From: Thainema sp. | GTDB lineage: Bacteria > Cyanobacteriota > Cyanobacteriia > Phormidesmidales > Phormidesmidaceae | Direction: 5' to 3' | NCBI GenBank assembly: GCA_052168235.1 | Contig: JBQLZK010000030.1 | Coordinates: 1-64,000, forward strand | DNA length: 64,000 nucleotides | Notes under the pieces: model-generated | Told to the model about the DNA's origin: nothing | The model's input: only the letters and a program-made list of their open reading frames with translations | Database searches by the model: none | Shown here: positions 37,291-48,925 of the stretch, piece after piece | How positions within the stretch are numbered: position 1 is the first letter of the stretch | Layout of the letters: the number at the start of each line of letters is the position of its first letter | Translations under genes and position numbers: made by a program

Positions 37291-38790
37291 ATGAATAGTA
37301 AGTTCTTGCGTCAAACAACCTCCGGATTTGTCGTTTTCGGAACAGCATTAGGCATGGCGGTCTGTGATGCGATCGCACCTTCTGCGGGGGCCATCCCATT
37401 CAACATTGGCCCCCAAGCCGCGCTGGCGCAAAGCTATGACGAAGAAGTCAGCGTTCGCGTCTATGAGCAGGCCAGTCCAGCGGTGATCTCCATCCGCACC
37501 GAAGACGGCACAGGCAGCGGCAGCATCATCAGTCCCGATGGTTTGGTGCTGACCAATGCTCACGTGGTTGGCCGCAACCGCAACTTGACCGTGCTGCTAG
37601 CCGATGGTCGGCAGGTAAATGGTCGAGTGGTGGGTTATGCCGATGATCGCCTTGACCTAGCGGCTATTCAGCTACAGGGAGTTAGCAATCTTCCCTATAT
37701 TCCACTCGCTAGCAACAACTCTGTCCGGGTTGGCCAACGAGCCTACGCAATTGGCAACCCCTTTGGCCAGTTTCAAGGCACATTTACCACAGGCATCGTT
37801 AGCCGGATTGACGCTGAGCGTGGACTGATTCAAACCGATGCGGCGATTAATCCCGGCAACTCCGGTGGCCCACTGCTAAACAGTCAGGGCGAACTGATTG
37901 GCGTAAATACATCGATTTTTACCATTGGCCGAGATGCTGGCAATATCGGCATTGGTTTTGCGATCGCAACCGATCAAGTGCAGCCATTTTTAACCGCAGT
38001 TCGGGAAGGTCGTGCTGCCCAAGAACCCGCCGCATCGCCGTTTGATCTGGAGCAAGCTAAACCGATTGCCCTGAATGGGCCAGCCGTCGAAGGGCAACTG
38101 GGACGTGAAAGCAGTGTCCTCCCTGCCGATAACAGCTACTTTGATCTGTATGCCTTTGAAGGACAGGCTGGTCAACAGGTCATCATCGAAATGACCAGTA
38201 GTGAAGTAGATGCCTATTTGATTCTGCTTGGCCCAAATGGTCAAGATGTAGCTCAAGATGATGACAGCGGTGGCCGCACCGATGCCCGCTTAGCGACGAC
38301 CCTACCGGAAAATGGCACCTACACGGTTTTAGCGAACTCCTACGCACCAGGCGAACTGGGACGCTACAGCATTCGACTGGCCTCTTCCCAAGGCAGCACT
38401 TCCTCCGTTAGTCCCTCGCAAACTCCTAATCCTGGCTCTCGGCCTAACAACAGCGCTACCGCACCCTCCTCTGGCGACTACATTCTGCAAGAACAGGGCA
38501 CGCTAGCCAGCGGCGGGCCAGTCTTACAAGACGGCAGCCTTTACCAGGAATATCAATTCGAAGGAGAATCTGGTCAGTCGGTCACGATCACGCTAGAAAG
38601 CACCGATTTTGATACGTACTTGATGCTGATTGATCCCAATGGTGACGTGTTGCAGTACAACGACGACATGGGCGACGATACCTACAACTCTCAAATCACG
38701 ACGGTGCTGCCAGCGAACGGAACCTATCGCGTGATCGCCAACTCCTACGATCCGGCTGGGCAAGGCGATTACGAAATCACGGTGCGATAG
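37291..38790 (+). CDS. Trypsin-like (HtrA-related) serine protease with two C-terminal PPC-like domains
   Basis: LTNAHVV, DLA, IQTDAAINPGNSGGPL; two DxYLxLxxPNG..DD repeats. Confidence 0.9.
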   Translation: MNSKFLRQTTSGFVVFGTALGMAVCDAIAPSAGAIPFNIGPQAALAQSYDEEVSVRVYEQASPAVISIRTEDGTGSGSIISPDGLVLTNAHVVGRNRNLTVLLADGRQVNGRVVGYADDRLDLAAIQLQGVSNLPYIPLASNNSVRVGQRAYAIGNPFGQFQGTFTTGIVSRIDAERGLIQTDAAINPGNSGGPLLNSQGELIGVNTSIFTIGRDAGNIGIGFAIATDQVQPFLTAVREGRAAQEPAASPFDLEQAKPIALNGPAVEGQLGRESSVLPADNSYFDLYAFEGQAGQQVIIEMTSSEVDAYLILLGPNGQDVAQDDDSGGRTDARLATTLPENGTYTVLANSYAPGELGRYSIRLASSQGSTSSVSPSQTPNPGSRPNNSATAPSSGDYILQEQGTLASGGPVLQDGSLYQEYQFEGESGQSVTITLESTDFDTYLMLIDPNGDVLQYNDDMGDDTYNSQITTVLPANGTYRVIANSYDPAGQGDYEITVR

Positions 38791-38801
38791 CTCTTTACTC
38801 A

Positions 38802-38862
38802 GTAGGACACGGCAATGCCGTGTCTCTACCCAAAGGTTTAACCTTGTTAGATCCGCGTTCCT
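38802..38862 (+). repeat. GTAG-type REP-like palindrome (second copy 47296-47358)
   Basis: GTAGG(G)ACACGGCAATGCCGT(G/A)TC(T/C)CTAC plus a shared downstream tail. Confidence 0.7.
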
Positions 38863-38966
38863 CAACACTCAGCACTAATCAATCACGACCTCACTTTGTA
38901 GAACTGGTACGAGATAGACAGTAAGCTGGATGAAGAAGTCATTTAGCCTAGCCTGATTATTAGCTC

Positions 38967-39305
38967 ATGAGTAACCAAGTTCTTTCCATTACCGATCAAG
39001 ACTTTGACGCTGAGGTAGTCCAGGCTGATCGACCTGTTTTAGTTTATTTTTGGGCAGGTTGGTGTGGCCCTTGTCGGCTGATGTCTCCTATCATCGAGTC
39101 CGTTGCGGAAGCCTATGCCGAGCGCCTGAAGGTTGTCAAAGTCGAGGTTGATCCCAATCCCGAATCCGTTGCTACGTACAAAGTAGAAGGTGTACCTGCG
39201 CTACGCTTGATTCATAACCAAGAAGTTTTGGCCGCAGAAGAAGGTGCAATGAACAAGCAGAAAGTCGAAGATCTGCTCAATGCCAATCTTTCGGCTGCCA
39301 TATAA
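38967..39305 (+). CDS. Thioredoxin
   Basis: WAGWCGPC active site; 112 aa. Confidence 0.93.
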   Translation: MSNQVLSITDQDFDAEVVQADRPVLVYFWAGWCGPCRLMSPIIESVAEAYAERLKVVKVEVDPNPESVATYKVEGVPALRLIHNQEVLAAEEGAMNKQKVEDLLNANLSAAI

Positions 39306-39444
39306 ATTCCGTTTATGCTGAGAATCTCTGTGTTCGATGGCAATACAGAGATTCTCAAGATAGATTTAGTTTACGAATGCTAACCCAAAGCCCATAGCTT
39401 TCAGACCATCAGCAGAACAGTAGTCTCCTCATTCTCTAGCTGCC

Positions 39445-40608
39445 ATGCAACTTGCTAACCGCCTCCAACCGCTGAGCACAAATGTGTTTGCTGATATGGA
39501 TCAGGCAAAGGCGGACGCGATCGCAGCGGGGCAAACCTTAATTGATTTGTCATTGGGTTCCTCGGATTTACCGACCGCTAAGCCTGTGCTCGATGTAATT
39601 GCGGAATCGCTGTATGATCCGTCAACCCACGGCTATCTGTTGTTTCACGGCACCCGCAATTTTCGGCAGGCAGCGGCAGACTGGTACACGCGCAAGTACG
39701 GCGTTGCCGTCGATCCGGAAACGGAAGTCTTACCGCTAATTGGTTCCCAGGAAGGCACCGGGCATTTGCCGCTAGTGGTGCTCAATCCGGGCGATTTTGC
39801 GCTGCTGCTCGATCCGGGCTACCCCTCCCATGTCGGTGGCGTTTATTTAGCCGATGGACAAATCTACACGATGCCGCTGCTGGAGGAGCGGGGATTTCTG
39901 CCCGATTTCTCAGCGATTCCGGAAGCCGTCTTGGCCCAGTCGCGCCTGATGGTGCTGAGCTATCCCCACAATCCGACAACTGCGATCGCATCCCTATCGT
40001 TTTTCCAAGAAGCCGTCGCCTTTTGCCAACAGCACAATATTGTCTTAGTGCATGATTTCCCCTACGGCGACATGGTATTCGAGGATGTTGAAATTCCTTC
40101 CGTCCTACAAGCCGATCCGGAGAAGTCCTGCTCCATTGAGTTTTTCACCCTATCCAAGTCCTACAACATGGGCGGTTTTCGGGTTGGCTACGCCATTGGT
40201 AATGCGGAGCTAATTCGCGCTCTACGGCGTTTAAAGGCGGTGATTGATTTTAACCAGTATCGCGGCATCTTGAACGGTGCGATCGCAGCTTTGGAGGGTT
40301 CCCAAGATCACATTCCCTCGGTGGTGGCGACCTTCAAAGAGCGACGCGACGCATTCGTGCAGGCACTACACGACATCGGCTGGTCGGTGCCGACGCCTCC
40401 CGCCACTATGTACATTTGGGCTAAGCTGCCGCCTCAGTGGGCCAATGATTCGGTGCGTTTCTGTGTGGACTTGGTGAAAGCGACTGGCGTCGCGGTATCC
40501 CCCGGTGCTGGATTTGGCAAATCGGGTGAAGGCTATGTTCGGTTCGCGCTGGTTCACAATCCAGACGTTCTGCGAGAAGCAGTCCAGCGCATTGCGTCGT
40601 TTTTATAA
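39445..40608 (+). CDS. PLP-dependent aminotransferase class I/II (LL-DAP aminotransferase-like)
   Basis: SYPHNPT, HDFPY, TLSKSYNMGGFRVG. Confidence 0.88.
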   Translation: MQLANRLQPLSTNVFADMDQAKADAIAAGQTLIDLSLGSSDLPTAKPVLDVIAESLYDPSTHGYLLFHGTRNFRQAAADWYTRKYGVAVDPETEVLPLIGSQEGTGHLPLVVLNPGDFALLLDPGYPSHVGGVYLADGQIYTMPLLEERGFLPDFSAIPEAVLAQSRLMVLSYPHNPTTAIASLSFFQEAVAFCQQHNIVLVHDFPYGDMVFEDVEIPSVLQADPEKSCSIEFFTLSKSYNMGGFRVGYAIGNAELIRALRRLKAVIDFNQYRGILNGAIAALEGSQDHIPSVVATFKERRDAFVQALHDIGWSVPTPPATMYIWAKLPPQWANDSVRFCVDLVKATGVAVSPGAGFGKSGEGYVRFALVHNPDVLREAVQRIASFL

Positions 40609-40878
40609 CGATTTCATGAAGCTTGCTGATAGCGAGACAATCTTCTCTTTGCAACGCTTGAACATATGCTTTACTAAAATATGTGAAGCTATAAAATCTA
40701 ACGCTATAGACAGATGCTTACTGCCGTATCTTCAGGCAGCAAAATCATTTAATTAAGTGATCGCGTCATCCATAATTAATCGCGCGATCGACTGATCAGG
40801 TGCTTAAGAAGGTCAAGCTTCGACAAAGGGTGTATACGTGAGTCAATTTACATAGCCTTGGTTACTACGCCGATTTCA

Positions 40879-41271
40879 ATGCTTAGCCTAAAATCTCAGT
40901 CCGAACAGAGCAGTAGGCGACTGCTGCTGTTAGAGGATCATCCACTGAATCGGGCGCTGTTTGCCGAGTATCTTTGTCATCACGGCTTTGACGTTCATGC
41001 GATCGCAGATGGTGAGCATTTGTTCGAAACGCTAGAGCAGTTTCAACCACAGCTCATTCTCCTAGATCTGAAGCTGCCTTATATTGACGGATTCACCCTA
41101 CTTGAGCAAATCCGTCAATCAACGAAATGGCAGCATGTTCCAGTTCTGGTGGTTTCCGCGCTATCGTTTAACCTTGATCGGCAGCGCGCCCTGAACTTGG
41201 GAGCATGCGATTATTTTGTCAAACCCGTGGATTTGAGATCCTTACTCGACACGATTAATCAGCACTTCTAA
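40879..41271 (+). CDS. Single-domain response regulator
   Basis: LLLED, LILLDLKLP..DG, VSA, FVKP. Confidence 0.9.
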   Translation: MLSLKSQSEQSSRRLLLLEDHPLNRALFAEYLCHHGFDVHAIADGEHLFETLEQFQPQLILLDLKLPYIDGFTLLEQIRQSTKWQHVPVLVVSALSFNLDRQRALNLGACDYFVKPVDLRSLLDTINQHF

Positions 41272-41305
41272 AAGTACTTTTATACAGTATTTTTACTCGG
41301 TACTG

Positions 41306-41503
41306 TTAACGTTCGGACGACCCAATGTCTCGCCGGGACTCGTTCAGAAAACGTTCTACAACTTCAGTGAGCTGCTGCATTGAATGAGCAATTTCCGCTG
41401 CTTCAGCTTCAATTCGCTGATTGAGCAGCGTTACACTTTGGAGACGATTGAGAATCGAATCCAGCTGGTCACGATAGTTTGACTCAAATTCATCTAGCTT
41501 CAT
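41306..41503 (-). CDS. Small coiled-coil hypothetical protein
   Basis: MKLDEFESNYRDQLDSILNRLQ...; 65 aa. Confidence 0.55.
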   Translation of the reverse strand: MKLDEFESNYRDQLDSILNRLQSVTLLNQRIEAEAAEIAHSMQQLTEVVERFLNESRRDIGSSER

Positions 41504-42106
41504 ATCAGGGTTCACCAACTGCCTCAAGACAACGATAGTTCAGGAACATTTCAGGATAAATTTTCAGTCGATGCACACCTGCATTGTAGTTAAAATCACT
41601 TCGATTGAGGCGGAATACGGATGCTCGTATCAAACTCTTACACAATCTCAGAGTTGATTAAATGATTCCTAAATCGTGATCAATAAATCCGGAAAACGGG
41701 TATGAGAGAGTGTGGTTTAGACTTTGCTATTCTGCTTCCACGCATTGGGGCTTTTACCCAATTGATCGTTGAATTTGCTTAGATAATCCAGTTTTATCAG
41801 CTATGATGCCTGCTTTTCTGGTTCTAGATTCTATGTCTTAGATGATGTTCTATATTTTGGAATATTAAGTATAAAGAAAGACAAAGTGCTCATTTATACG
41901 CAGCCGCCAAGGTGGACGTAGCGCCTAAGTTGGCTAGCCCTTGATCTGAAATTTATTTAACACTAGTGGGTTAGAAAAAATCTGCAGGCATTTCTCCTAA
42001 AAAGGAAGACTAAAGATCAGCAACCCTGCGCATTGTGCAATTTGCTTGTACGAATTAATTAGGGTAGGATATCCGTTCCCACAAGCTGCCCACAACCTGA
42101 TGGAGA

Positions 42107-44080
42107 TTGCTATATCCTAGTCTGTACGGTCGTTGCTGCAACTCTCGGCTGTGTAGATTCGTCAATCGTCATGCTGTGTCTATCCCTGCTGAAACGCCAA
42201 CTCTGGTCAAAGAGCCTGAACGCCTCGAAGCTCGCCTGAAGGAGATCCCGCTGGAGCCGGGGGTCTACTTTATGCGTGATGCTAGCGACAATATTCTTTA
42301 CATCGGCAAATCCAAAAAGTTGCGATCGCGGGTGCGTTCCTACTTTCGCAACTCCCATACGCTGCCGCCTCGGCTGGCGCTGATGGTGATGCAGGTGGCG
42401 GAAATTGAGTTTATCGTCACCGATACCGAGGCTGAAGCGCTGGCGCTGGAAGCCAATCTGATTAAGCAGCACCAGCCCCACTTCAACGTGCTGCTGAAGG
42501 ACGATAAGAAGTATCCCTATCTCTGCATTACCTGGTCAGAGGACTATCCCCGCATTTTTATTACCCGGCGGCGACGCATGGGCAAAGCTCGAGATCGCTA
42601 CTATGGGCCTTATGTGGACGTGGGGACGCTGCGCCGGACGCTGCACTTGGTGAAGCGGATTTTCCCCCTGCGCCAGCGGCCCCAGCCGCTGTTTAAAGAT
42701 CGTCCCTGCCTCAATTACGACATTGGTCGCTGCCCTGGCGTCTGCCAGCAGCTGATTTCCCCGGAAGAGTACCGCAAGATTGTGCAGCGGGTGGCGATGG
42801 TGTTCCAGGGTCGTACCGAGGAGCTGGTGAAGGTGCTAACCGTCCAGATGCAGGAGGCGGCAGAGAAGCTGAATTTTGAGTACGCGGCTCGCCTGCGCGA
42901 TCAGATTACGGCGCTGGAGCATCTCAACGCCGATCAGAAAGTGGCCTCTGCTAGTGATACTGTCTCGCGAGATGCGATCGCACTCGCTGCCGATGAGCAC
43001 CATGCTTGTATTCAGCTTTTCCAGCTTCGAGCAGGTCGCCTGGTCGGTCGCCTCGGCTTCCTAGCCGAAGCGCAATCCGGTGAGCCGGGAGCCATCTTGC
43101 AGCGGGTGCTGGAAGAACATTATCAAACCGTTGATCCGGTCGAGATTCCTACCGAAATTTTGGTACAGCATGATTTGCCGGATGCGGATTTATTGGCAGC
43201 GTATTTAAGCGATCGCAAAGGTCGCAAAGTGACCGTTTTCAATCCCCAGCGGCAGTCTAAGGCCGAACTGATTGAAATGGTGGAGCGCAATGCCGAGTAT
43301 GAACTGGCTCGCACCCAGCGCTTTGCCGATCGCAATGCTCAGTCGCTCCAGGATTTAGCTGAGGTGCTGGACTTGCCTGCTCTGCCGCGCCGGATCGAAG
43401 GCTACGATATTTCCCACGTGCAAGGCTCCGATGCCGTCGGTTCCCAGGTCGTGTTTATCGACGGTCTGCCTGCCAAGCAGCACTATCGCCATTACAAAAT
43501 CCGCAATCCCAAAGTGACCAGCGGGCGCTCCGACGACTTTGCTAGCCTTGCCGAGGTGATTCAGCGCCGCTTCCGTCGCTATGCCGAAAATCTTGACATC
43601 CAGCGATTTGGCAATCCCGACTGGCCCGATCTGGTGATGATTGACGGTGGTAAGGGACAGCTTTCAGCCGTTATCAGCGTTCTGCAAGAGATGAATCTGC
43701 TGGCCGACTTGAACGTGATCAGCTTAGCCAAAAAGCGGGAGGAGATTTTCCAGCCCGGTGAATCGTTGCCACTGGCGACTGACTCGGAACAAGCAGGTGT
43801 TCAACTCCTGCGCCGTTTGCGGGATGAAGCCCACCGCTTCGCCATCACCTTCCACCGCAAGCGCCGTAGCGATCGAATGCGGCGGTCACGACTCGATGAC
43901 ATTCCGGGACTCGGTCATCATCGGCGCAAACAGCTCCTGGCGGCGTTTCGCTCGATCGACTACATTCGCGAGGCTTCGCCAGAGCAACTTCAGACGGTGG
44001 AAGGGATTGGGCCACAGCTGGCCCAGCAAATTTATGACTACTTCCATCCCCAAGCTGATCCCGTTACGCCCGGAAATTAA
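42107..44080 (+). CDS. uvrC: Excinuclease ABC subunit C (true start probably ~42176)
   Basis: [40 protein letters not shown], HhH. Confidence 0.96.
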   Translation: MLYPSLYGRCCNSRLCRFVNRHAVSIPAETPTLVKEPERLEARLKEIPLEPGVYFMRDASDNILYIGKSKKLRSRVRSYFRNSHTLPPRLALMVMQVAEIEFIVTDTEAEALALEANLIKQHQPHFNVLLKDDKKYPYLCITWSEDYPRIFITRRRRMGKARDRYYGPYVDVGTLRRTLHLVKRIFPLRQRPQPLFKDRPCLNYDIGRCPGVCQQLISPEEYRKIVQRVAMVFQGRTEELVKVLTVQMQEAAEKLNFEYAARLRDQITALEHLNADQKVASASDTVSRDAIALAADEHHACIQLFQLRAGRLVGRLGFLAEAQSGEPGAILQRVLEEHYQTVDPVEIPTEILVQHDLPDADLLAAYLSDRKGRKVTVFNPQRQSKAELIEMVERNAEYELARTQRFADRNAQSLQDLAEVLDLPALPRRIEGYDISHVQGSDAVGSQVVFIDGLPAKQHYRHYKIRNPKVTSGRSDDFASLAEVIQRRFRRYAENLDIQRFGNPDWPDLVMIDGGKGQLSAVISVLQEMNLLADLNVISLAKKREEIFQPGESLPLATDSEQAGVQLLRRLRDEAHRFAITFHRKRRSDRMRRSRLDDIPGLGHHRRKQLLAAFRSIDYIREASPEQLQTVEGIGPQLAQQIYDYFHPQADPVTPGN

Positions 44081-44499
44081 AAGATCCTGCCGTCAAATTG
44101 ACTTTTATAACGATTGGTTGGCGGTTTGAATACGGCTCGATACACTGAGTCGGACTTAAGGATAAATCGCCCCAAGTCCCCTTCAGTTCTCAATGAAAAG
44201 CTCCTCAGCGATCTGCCGAGGAGCCAGTGGAGTGTGAGTCTTTTTCCCACGATACTCAAAACTCAAGCAGATGCAAAAGCTGCTTTAGAGATCTTGAGGT
44301 TCTTTCATCGTAGAGTGTAGTTCTGAAGGAGCGCTATAGGCAAAGGGAAATACCTTTGTCTATAGCGTTTTCTGTTTGATATCTCTTTTGGGCCGTAGGA
44401 CTGTGGATGGATAACTGTAGGCGTCGGGGCAGGGGGCAAGGGAGATTGATAGGTTAGCTGTAACCGAAAAAAGATTTTGGGTGAGGTTCATCAACGGAT

Positions 44500-45078
44500 T
44501 TAAGATGGCCTGCTGTCGAGGTTGAGAATGTTATGAATAAATTGAGCTGCGGAGACGCGATTCTCTTCAAAACCGCGCCGCCGTACGCCCTTCTCTCCGT
44601 CGGATGCGACCACTTGTCCCATTGCCTGATCCGGTGCCTGCCACAGTTTCAGATGGCCTACGGCAGGATCAGCGTAAAAATTTAATTCTCCCGCTCCTAA
44701 CAGCGCAGAACTCCAGTGGGTGAAGTGATCGTGGCTCATGCGGAAAATCGGAAAATCTGCCGCTAGCGGCACTCCCCAGCCGTCAATCGCAATAAAATTT
44801 GCGATCGCAATACCGCGATGGTGCCAATACTGCGCTGCTGCGATCGCACCTACAACGCCTGCACTGAAGGCAATAATGCTGACTGGATGATCCTGTAACC
44901 CCTGAGCTTGAAGTACCTCATTCATGAACTGCCGACAGTGAAAACCGGAATAGGGCGGATGGGCTTCAGTCGGAAAGATGGCATATTGGGGGCTGTTCAT
45001 CTCATTCGTTAAACCTAAACCAGCGAGAAACCGATTGGTTAACGTCACGGGATGAACACCGGGGTAGATCAAAATCAA
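44500..45078 (-). CDS. Hypothetical alpha/beta-hydrolase-like protein
   Basis: IAFSAGVVGA nucleophile-elbow-like motif; IDGWGVPL; SHDHFTH. Confidence 0.65.
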   Translation of the reverse strand: MILIYPGVHPVTLTNRFLAGLGLTNEMNSPQYAIFPTEAHPPYSGFHCRQFMNEVLQAQGLQDHPVSIIAFSAGVVGAIAAAQYWHHRGIAIANFIAIDGWGVPLAADFPIFRMSHDHFTHWSSALLGAGELNFYADPAVGHLKLWQAPDQAMGQVVASDGEKGVRRRGFEENRVSAAQFIHNILNLDSRPS

Positions 45079-45125
45079 AGCACTCTATCTTGAACGCGCC
45101 AGTAAACTCAGTAATCCCAGGATTA

Positions 45126-45307
45126 TTTGATTGGATAGCGTCCCACGCTAGTACTTGTTTAGCGAAACACTCTGACAGATCCCCCTAAATTCCCCTTAAT
45201 AAGGGGGACTTTGGGCTAGCGGTGGGATAGCCCCTTTTTCAAGGGGGCGGCGACAGCGGGGGATCGGATAACTACGTTAAACACATACGGAGCGCTATCC
45301 AATCAAA
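45126..45307. repeat. 182-bp MITE-like element
   Basis: Perfect 15-bp terminal IR TTTGATTGGATAGCG; internal CCCCTTAATAAGGGGG and CCCCCTTTTTCAAGGGGG hairpins. Confidence 0.65.
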
Positions 45308-45328
45308 CTGTTGAGGTTTATATTGCTT

Positions 45329-45886
45329 CTATGCAGTGAATTGCTGGCGAATCGCTTCAATCCGCTTGCGGTTAACACCCAAATCCGACTGGCCGAGCCG
45401 CGAGGCTGAACGTACTTGAATCACGCCATTAGCTGCGTCAGCGTAAAACTCAACATCATCCACAAACCCCATCAGGTTGCTGGTGAATTCAGCGTAAATG
45501 TAGTCGTCACTCGATTCAATAATCTGCGTGCGCTCCATGCCGTTGATGATGCCTTTGAGCTGCGCGATCGCACCTGCGGCATCGCCACTGTAGACAATAG
45601 GTTCGATGTAGTGTTCGCCATCGGCTTTGTTCGCTTGGCTAGAGACGCAGTTAGGCGAACTGGGACAAGTGGCAAGTTGACCGTCTTTCACGCCTAACGT
45701 GGCGGGACGCTTGCCAGAAAAGAGCCGAGCGAAACCAGGTAGAGCAGCAATCATAGGATTAATTGAGGAATTAATTGAAGAATTAAATACCGGAGTGGCC
45801 AATGCGGGAGTGACAGGTGCCCAAAGTGCGATCGCAATTAGACCGACCACTCCCCAAACTTTGAATCTCGATAAGATTGAAGACAT
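45329..45886 (-). CDS. DUF1499-family protein
   Basis: CPSSPNCVSSQ, GFVDDVEF, VRSASRLGQSDLGVNRKR. Confidence 0.88.
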   Translation of the reverse strand: MSSILSRFKVWGVVGLIAIALWAPVTPALATPVFNSSINSSINPMIAALPGFARLFSGKRPATLGVKDGQLATCPSSPNCVSSQANKADGEHYIEPIVYSGDAAGAIAQLKGIINGMERTQIIESSDDYIYAEFTSNLMGFVDDVEFYADAANGVIQVRSASRLGQSDLGVNRKRIEAIRQQFTA

Positions 45887-45984
45887 CGTTAACAATAGCT
45901 CTAGCAACAGGATGTTGTACCGTTCAGCATACTGTATTACTTTTACAAAAGTTCACGAACCCCGCTGCTTCTTCAATCTCGCTT

Positions 45985-46497
45985 ATGACTTCGCCCAACC
46001 TGCCGCCCACCACACCCGATACGGATGCCAGCCCAGCGCCAACGGATTATTCTTCCGGCGTGACACCAGTTCTGGAACTTAGTGATTCTGAGCCGATCAA
46101 CTACGTGTTGACCAAGTTGGCCAACGAACTGCCGACGCTATTTGAGAAAGACCTCACCTACGACATCTATACGTCAGATATCTATTTCAAAGATCCGGTC
46201 AACACGTTCAAGTACAAATTCAATTACCGGATCATTTTCTGGACGCTGCGGTTTCACGGCCAGCTTTTCTTCTCGGATTTGCACTTTGACCTGCATCGCG
46301 TGTGGCAGGATCAGCCGGATCTAATCTTGGCCGATTGGACGGTGCGGGGGACGCTGCGACTACCGTGGAAGCCTGATTTACTCTTCAACGGGCGCTCCCA
46401 TTACCATCTCAATGAAGAAGATAAGATTTACAAGCACATCGACGTGTGGGATCGGTCGCCCAAAGAAATTTTGAAGCAGTTCTGGCGGCGAAAATAA
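45985..46497 (+). CDS. DUF2358 (NTF2-like) protein
   Basis: YDIYTSDIYFKDPVN, WTVRG.LRLPWKP, IYKHIDVWD. Confidence 0.8.
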   Translation: MTSPNLPPTTPDTDASPAPTDYSSGVTPVLELSDSEPINYVLTKLANELPTLFEKDLTYDIYTSDIYFKDPVNTFKYKFNYRIIFWTLRFHGQLFFSDLHFDLHRVWQDQPDLILADWTVRGTLRLPWKPDLLFNGRSHYHLNEEDKIYKHIDVWDRSPKEILKQFWRRK

Positions 46498-46698
46498 GTA
46501 GCGAAATACTCGTGGAATTTGCGATCGCACTTCCAACAAATCGGCAGCTCTTTTGTTTTGGTAAAGCAAGGCTCAGAAAAATAAAATCCCCAGTGCGAGA
46601 CTGGGGACTGACCAGGGTGCATCTACCACTTCTCTCTTCTGAATGAGGAACCTAAATCCGGAACAATATCCACAATTTTGGAAGTTTCTGCGGAAAAG

Positions 46699-47202
46699 TT
46701 ACTGTGCATGAGTGTCTAACGCCTGCTGTAAGGCGGGTGGTAAACGCCGCAAGACCTTCCGAGTATTTGGATCGAGTGGCACCAGTGAGACCTCAGCTGT
46801 AACGTACAGAATCTCTTCGTCAGGTGACTGGATTTGAAAGTCCCAAACCAGCCGCACACCTTGACGGGGCAGCATGCGAGTTTTGACAATTGCCTCACTG
46901 CCCATGACCATCCACTGGTGATAACGCAGCGACAAGTCAACAACTGGCAGTTCGCAGCCCATTTCCAGTACGTCTTTATAACTCAGACCGCTGGTTTTTA
47001 AATAAGCAATGCGGGCTTCTTCTAACCACTGGACATAGGTGCCATGCCAAACTACACCAGCATAGTCCGTATGATGGGGATGAACCTGGATCGGATAGTG
47101 GAACCAAGTCGGTTCGCTTGTCGCTGCAACAAGCTTGTCGGGTTTGACGGACTTATCTTTCGATGCTGACTTACCTTTAGAAGCCGACTTATCTTTTGGC
47201 AT
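46699..47202 (-). CDS. Acyl-CoA thioesterase (4HBT/YbgC family)
   Basis: HTDYAGVVWHGTYVQWLEEAR. Confidence 0.88.
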   Translation of the reverse strand: MPKDKSASKGKSASKDKSVKPDKLVAATSEPTWFHYPIQVHPHHTDYAGVVWHGTYVQWLEEARIAYLKTSGLSYKDVLEMGCELPVVDLSLRYHQWMVMGSEAIVKTRMLPRQGVRLVWDFQIQSPDEEILYVTAEVSLVPLDPNTRKVLRRLPPALQQALDTHAQ

Positions 47203-47295
47203 TGCTGGAGCAGATTGATACAAGGATGAGCAATCTTAGAATACTGGATTATGCTCTAAGGATTGTGGATTAAATAACCTGTAAACCGTTACACC

Positions 47296-47358
47296 GTAGG
47301 GACACGGCAATGCCGTATCCCTACCCCAAAGATTTCACCTGATTAAGTCCGCATTCCT
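47296..47358 (+). repeat. GTAG-type REP-like palindrome
   Basis: Copy of 38802-38862. Confidence 0.7.
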
Positions 47359-48925
47359 AAGTGCCTGTATTGGAATTTTGGGCATCCCGATTCAGCACTT
47401 CCTCAGCGGTCACGCCCTCGTTTTGATTACCAATTCGCCACAGCACTGCCGCTGCTTCAGCACGGGTCGCCGCTTTTTCCGGTTGCAGCAGCGTTGTGTA
47501 GCCAAACGCGCGTGGAATATTGGCAAAATCGCCATTTTGATGATCCGCCAACACCGCCCGCAGTGCAGCCGGATTAATCTTACTCGCATCCTGGAAGCCC
47601 CAGGCTTCCTGCACGGCTTCCACACTGGCGCTAGGGAGTGCCTGTCGCGTATCCAGCGGCACTTTCCACAGCAGCAAGTCTTGCCGAGTTAGCGGCGCAT
47701 CGGGTCGGAAGTTAACAGCCGTCGCATTGCCTGCCAGCGCACTGGGCACGAGTCCAACTTCCGCTAAGCCTTGAATTACGGCAAAATCTGGATCAGATTT
47801 AGGCACATCCTCAAAGGTTGGATTAGCGGATTCAACCGCCAGTCGAATCCGCTCCTTCGCTTCGTCGGCGTAAATAGTGTTGTTGGCCTCCACCAGCCAG
47901 CGAGCAAATTCGCGGCGAGTAATGACTTGATTTGGCTGAAACTGATTGGCTGCTGGCTGACCTTCACTTTCTTTCTCGCCTGCTGGAGCAGCCGTCACAA
48001 TGTCCAATTCCGCCAGATCGCGAATGTAAGGCCGTAAATCTGTCGGAGCCTGATTCAGATCAGTAAACGTACCCGTACTCGTACTGTCCTGATTTTGCGG
48101 ACTAGCTGTGCTGCGATTTTGCTCCGGCGAGTTCACTGGCCGAATCGAAAATCCCTCAGCAGCATCAGACGCAGCGCTATCGGTTGCCTGTGAGTCCCGC
48201 TGATACTGAATCGTAAACGCCGTTTGTTCTGGATTGGCCGCATCCGGTTGAATCTCTACGCGCACCGTCAAATCCTGATTGCGAGCTGCGATCGCAGTCG
48301 GTTGATCTGCCTGAGCGTCAGCCGCCTCAGTTTCATCAGTGGCCTCGGCGGATTCTGGCGCTGGTGCTGCGTCCTGTGAGCCGTTTGCAGGATTGCTCGA
48401 CTGAGCGCTACCCAACGGCTGCAAGGTAGCTGTATTTGAAGTATCCGCAGTCGTTGAGCCAGTGTCACTATTCTCCGCTGCGTCTGAACTGGGTACAGTT
48501 TCCTCAGCCGCTTCCTCTAACTCGATTTGCCAACCGTTGCTGCTCAACTCGTCGCGGTAAAACTGCTCAACATGCTCGGCTGAGTCAGCCGTAGTGAAGT
48601 AGGTAAGGCGACCATACTGCTCGTCTGCATTGGCCTTAACGTCTGCTGGAGCCTCTTGTTCCTCGGCTTCTGGATAGATGGGGATTTCTGGGGGCAAATC
48701 GGCTAATGCACTAGTGTCTGAGCCTCCCAACGTAGTGTCGTTCTGTAGCTGTGGATCAGCTTCTAAGGATTGCTGCATCTGTGCGCCCCAAGGCGTGTTG
48801 GCACAAGAGGATAGGGTCAGTAACCCCAGCAATAGTCCTCCAACCCACCAGCGTCGGGGTGTTTGTCTCTGAGGTTGAGGTTGTGGTCGTACTGGCTGAT
48901 GATGTTCAGACTCCGCTTCAAACAT
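47357..48925 (-). CDS. S-layer homology (SLH) domain lipoprotein
   Basis: LSSC lipobox; FTDL, FQPNQVITRREFA, FRPDAPLTR, TRAEAA SLH motifs. Confidence 0.85.
   Translation of the reverse strand: MFEAESEHHQPVRPQPQPQRQTPRRWWVGGLLLGLLTLSSCANTPWGAQMQQSLEADPQLQNDTTLGGSDTSALADLPPEIPIYPEAEEQEAPADVKANADEQYGRLTYFTTADSAEHVEQFYRDELSSNGWQIELEEAAEETVPSSDAAENSDTGSTTADTSNTATLQPLGSAQSSNPANGSQDAAPAPESAEATDETEAADAQADQPTAIAARNQDLTVRVEIQPDAANPEQTAFTIQYQRDSQATDSAASDAAEGFSIRPVNSPEQNRSTASPQNQDSTSTGTFTDLNQAPTDLRPYIRDLAELDIVTAAPAGEKESEGQPAANQFQPNQVITRREFARWLVEANNTIYADEAKERIRLAVESANPTFEDVPKSDPDFAVIQGLAEVGLVPSALAGNATAVNFRPDAPLTRQDLLLWKVPLDTRQALPSASVEAVQEAWGFQDASKINPAALRAVLADHQNGDFANIPRAFGYTTLLQPEKAATRAEAAAVLWRIGNQNEGVTAEEVLNRDAQNSNTGT

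Noticed and set aside
41530..42100. AT-rich intergenic stretch as an sRNA or foreign insert
   Set aside because: No convincing structure, repeat or ORF; compatible with divergent promoters.
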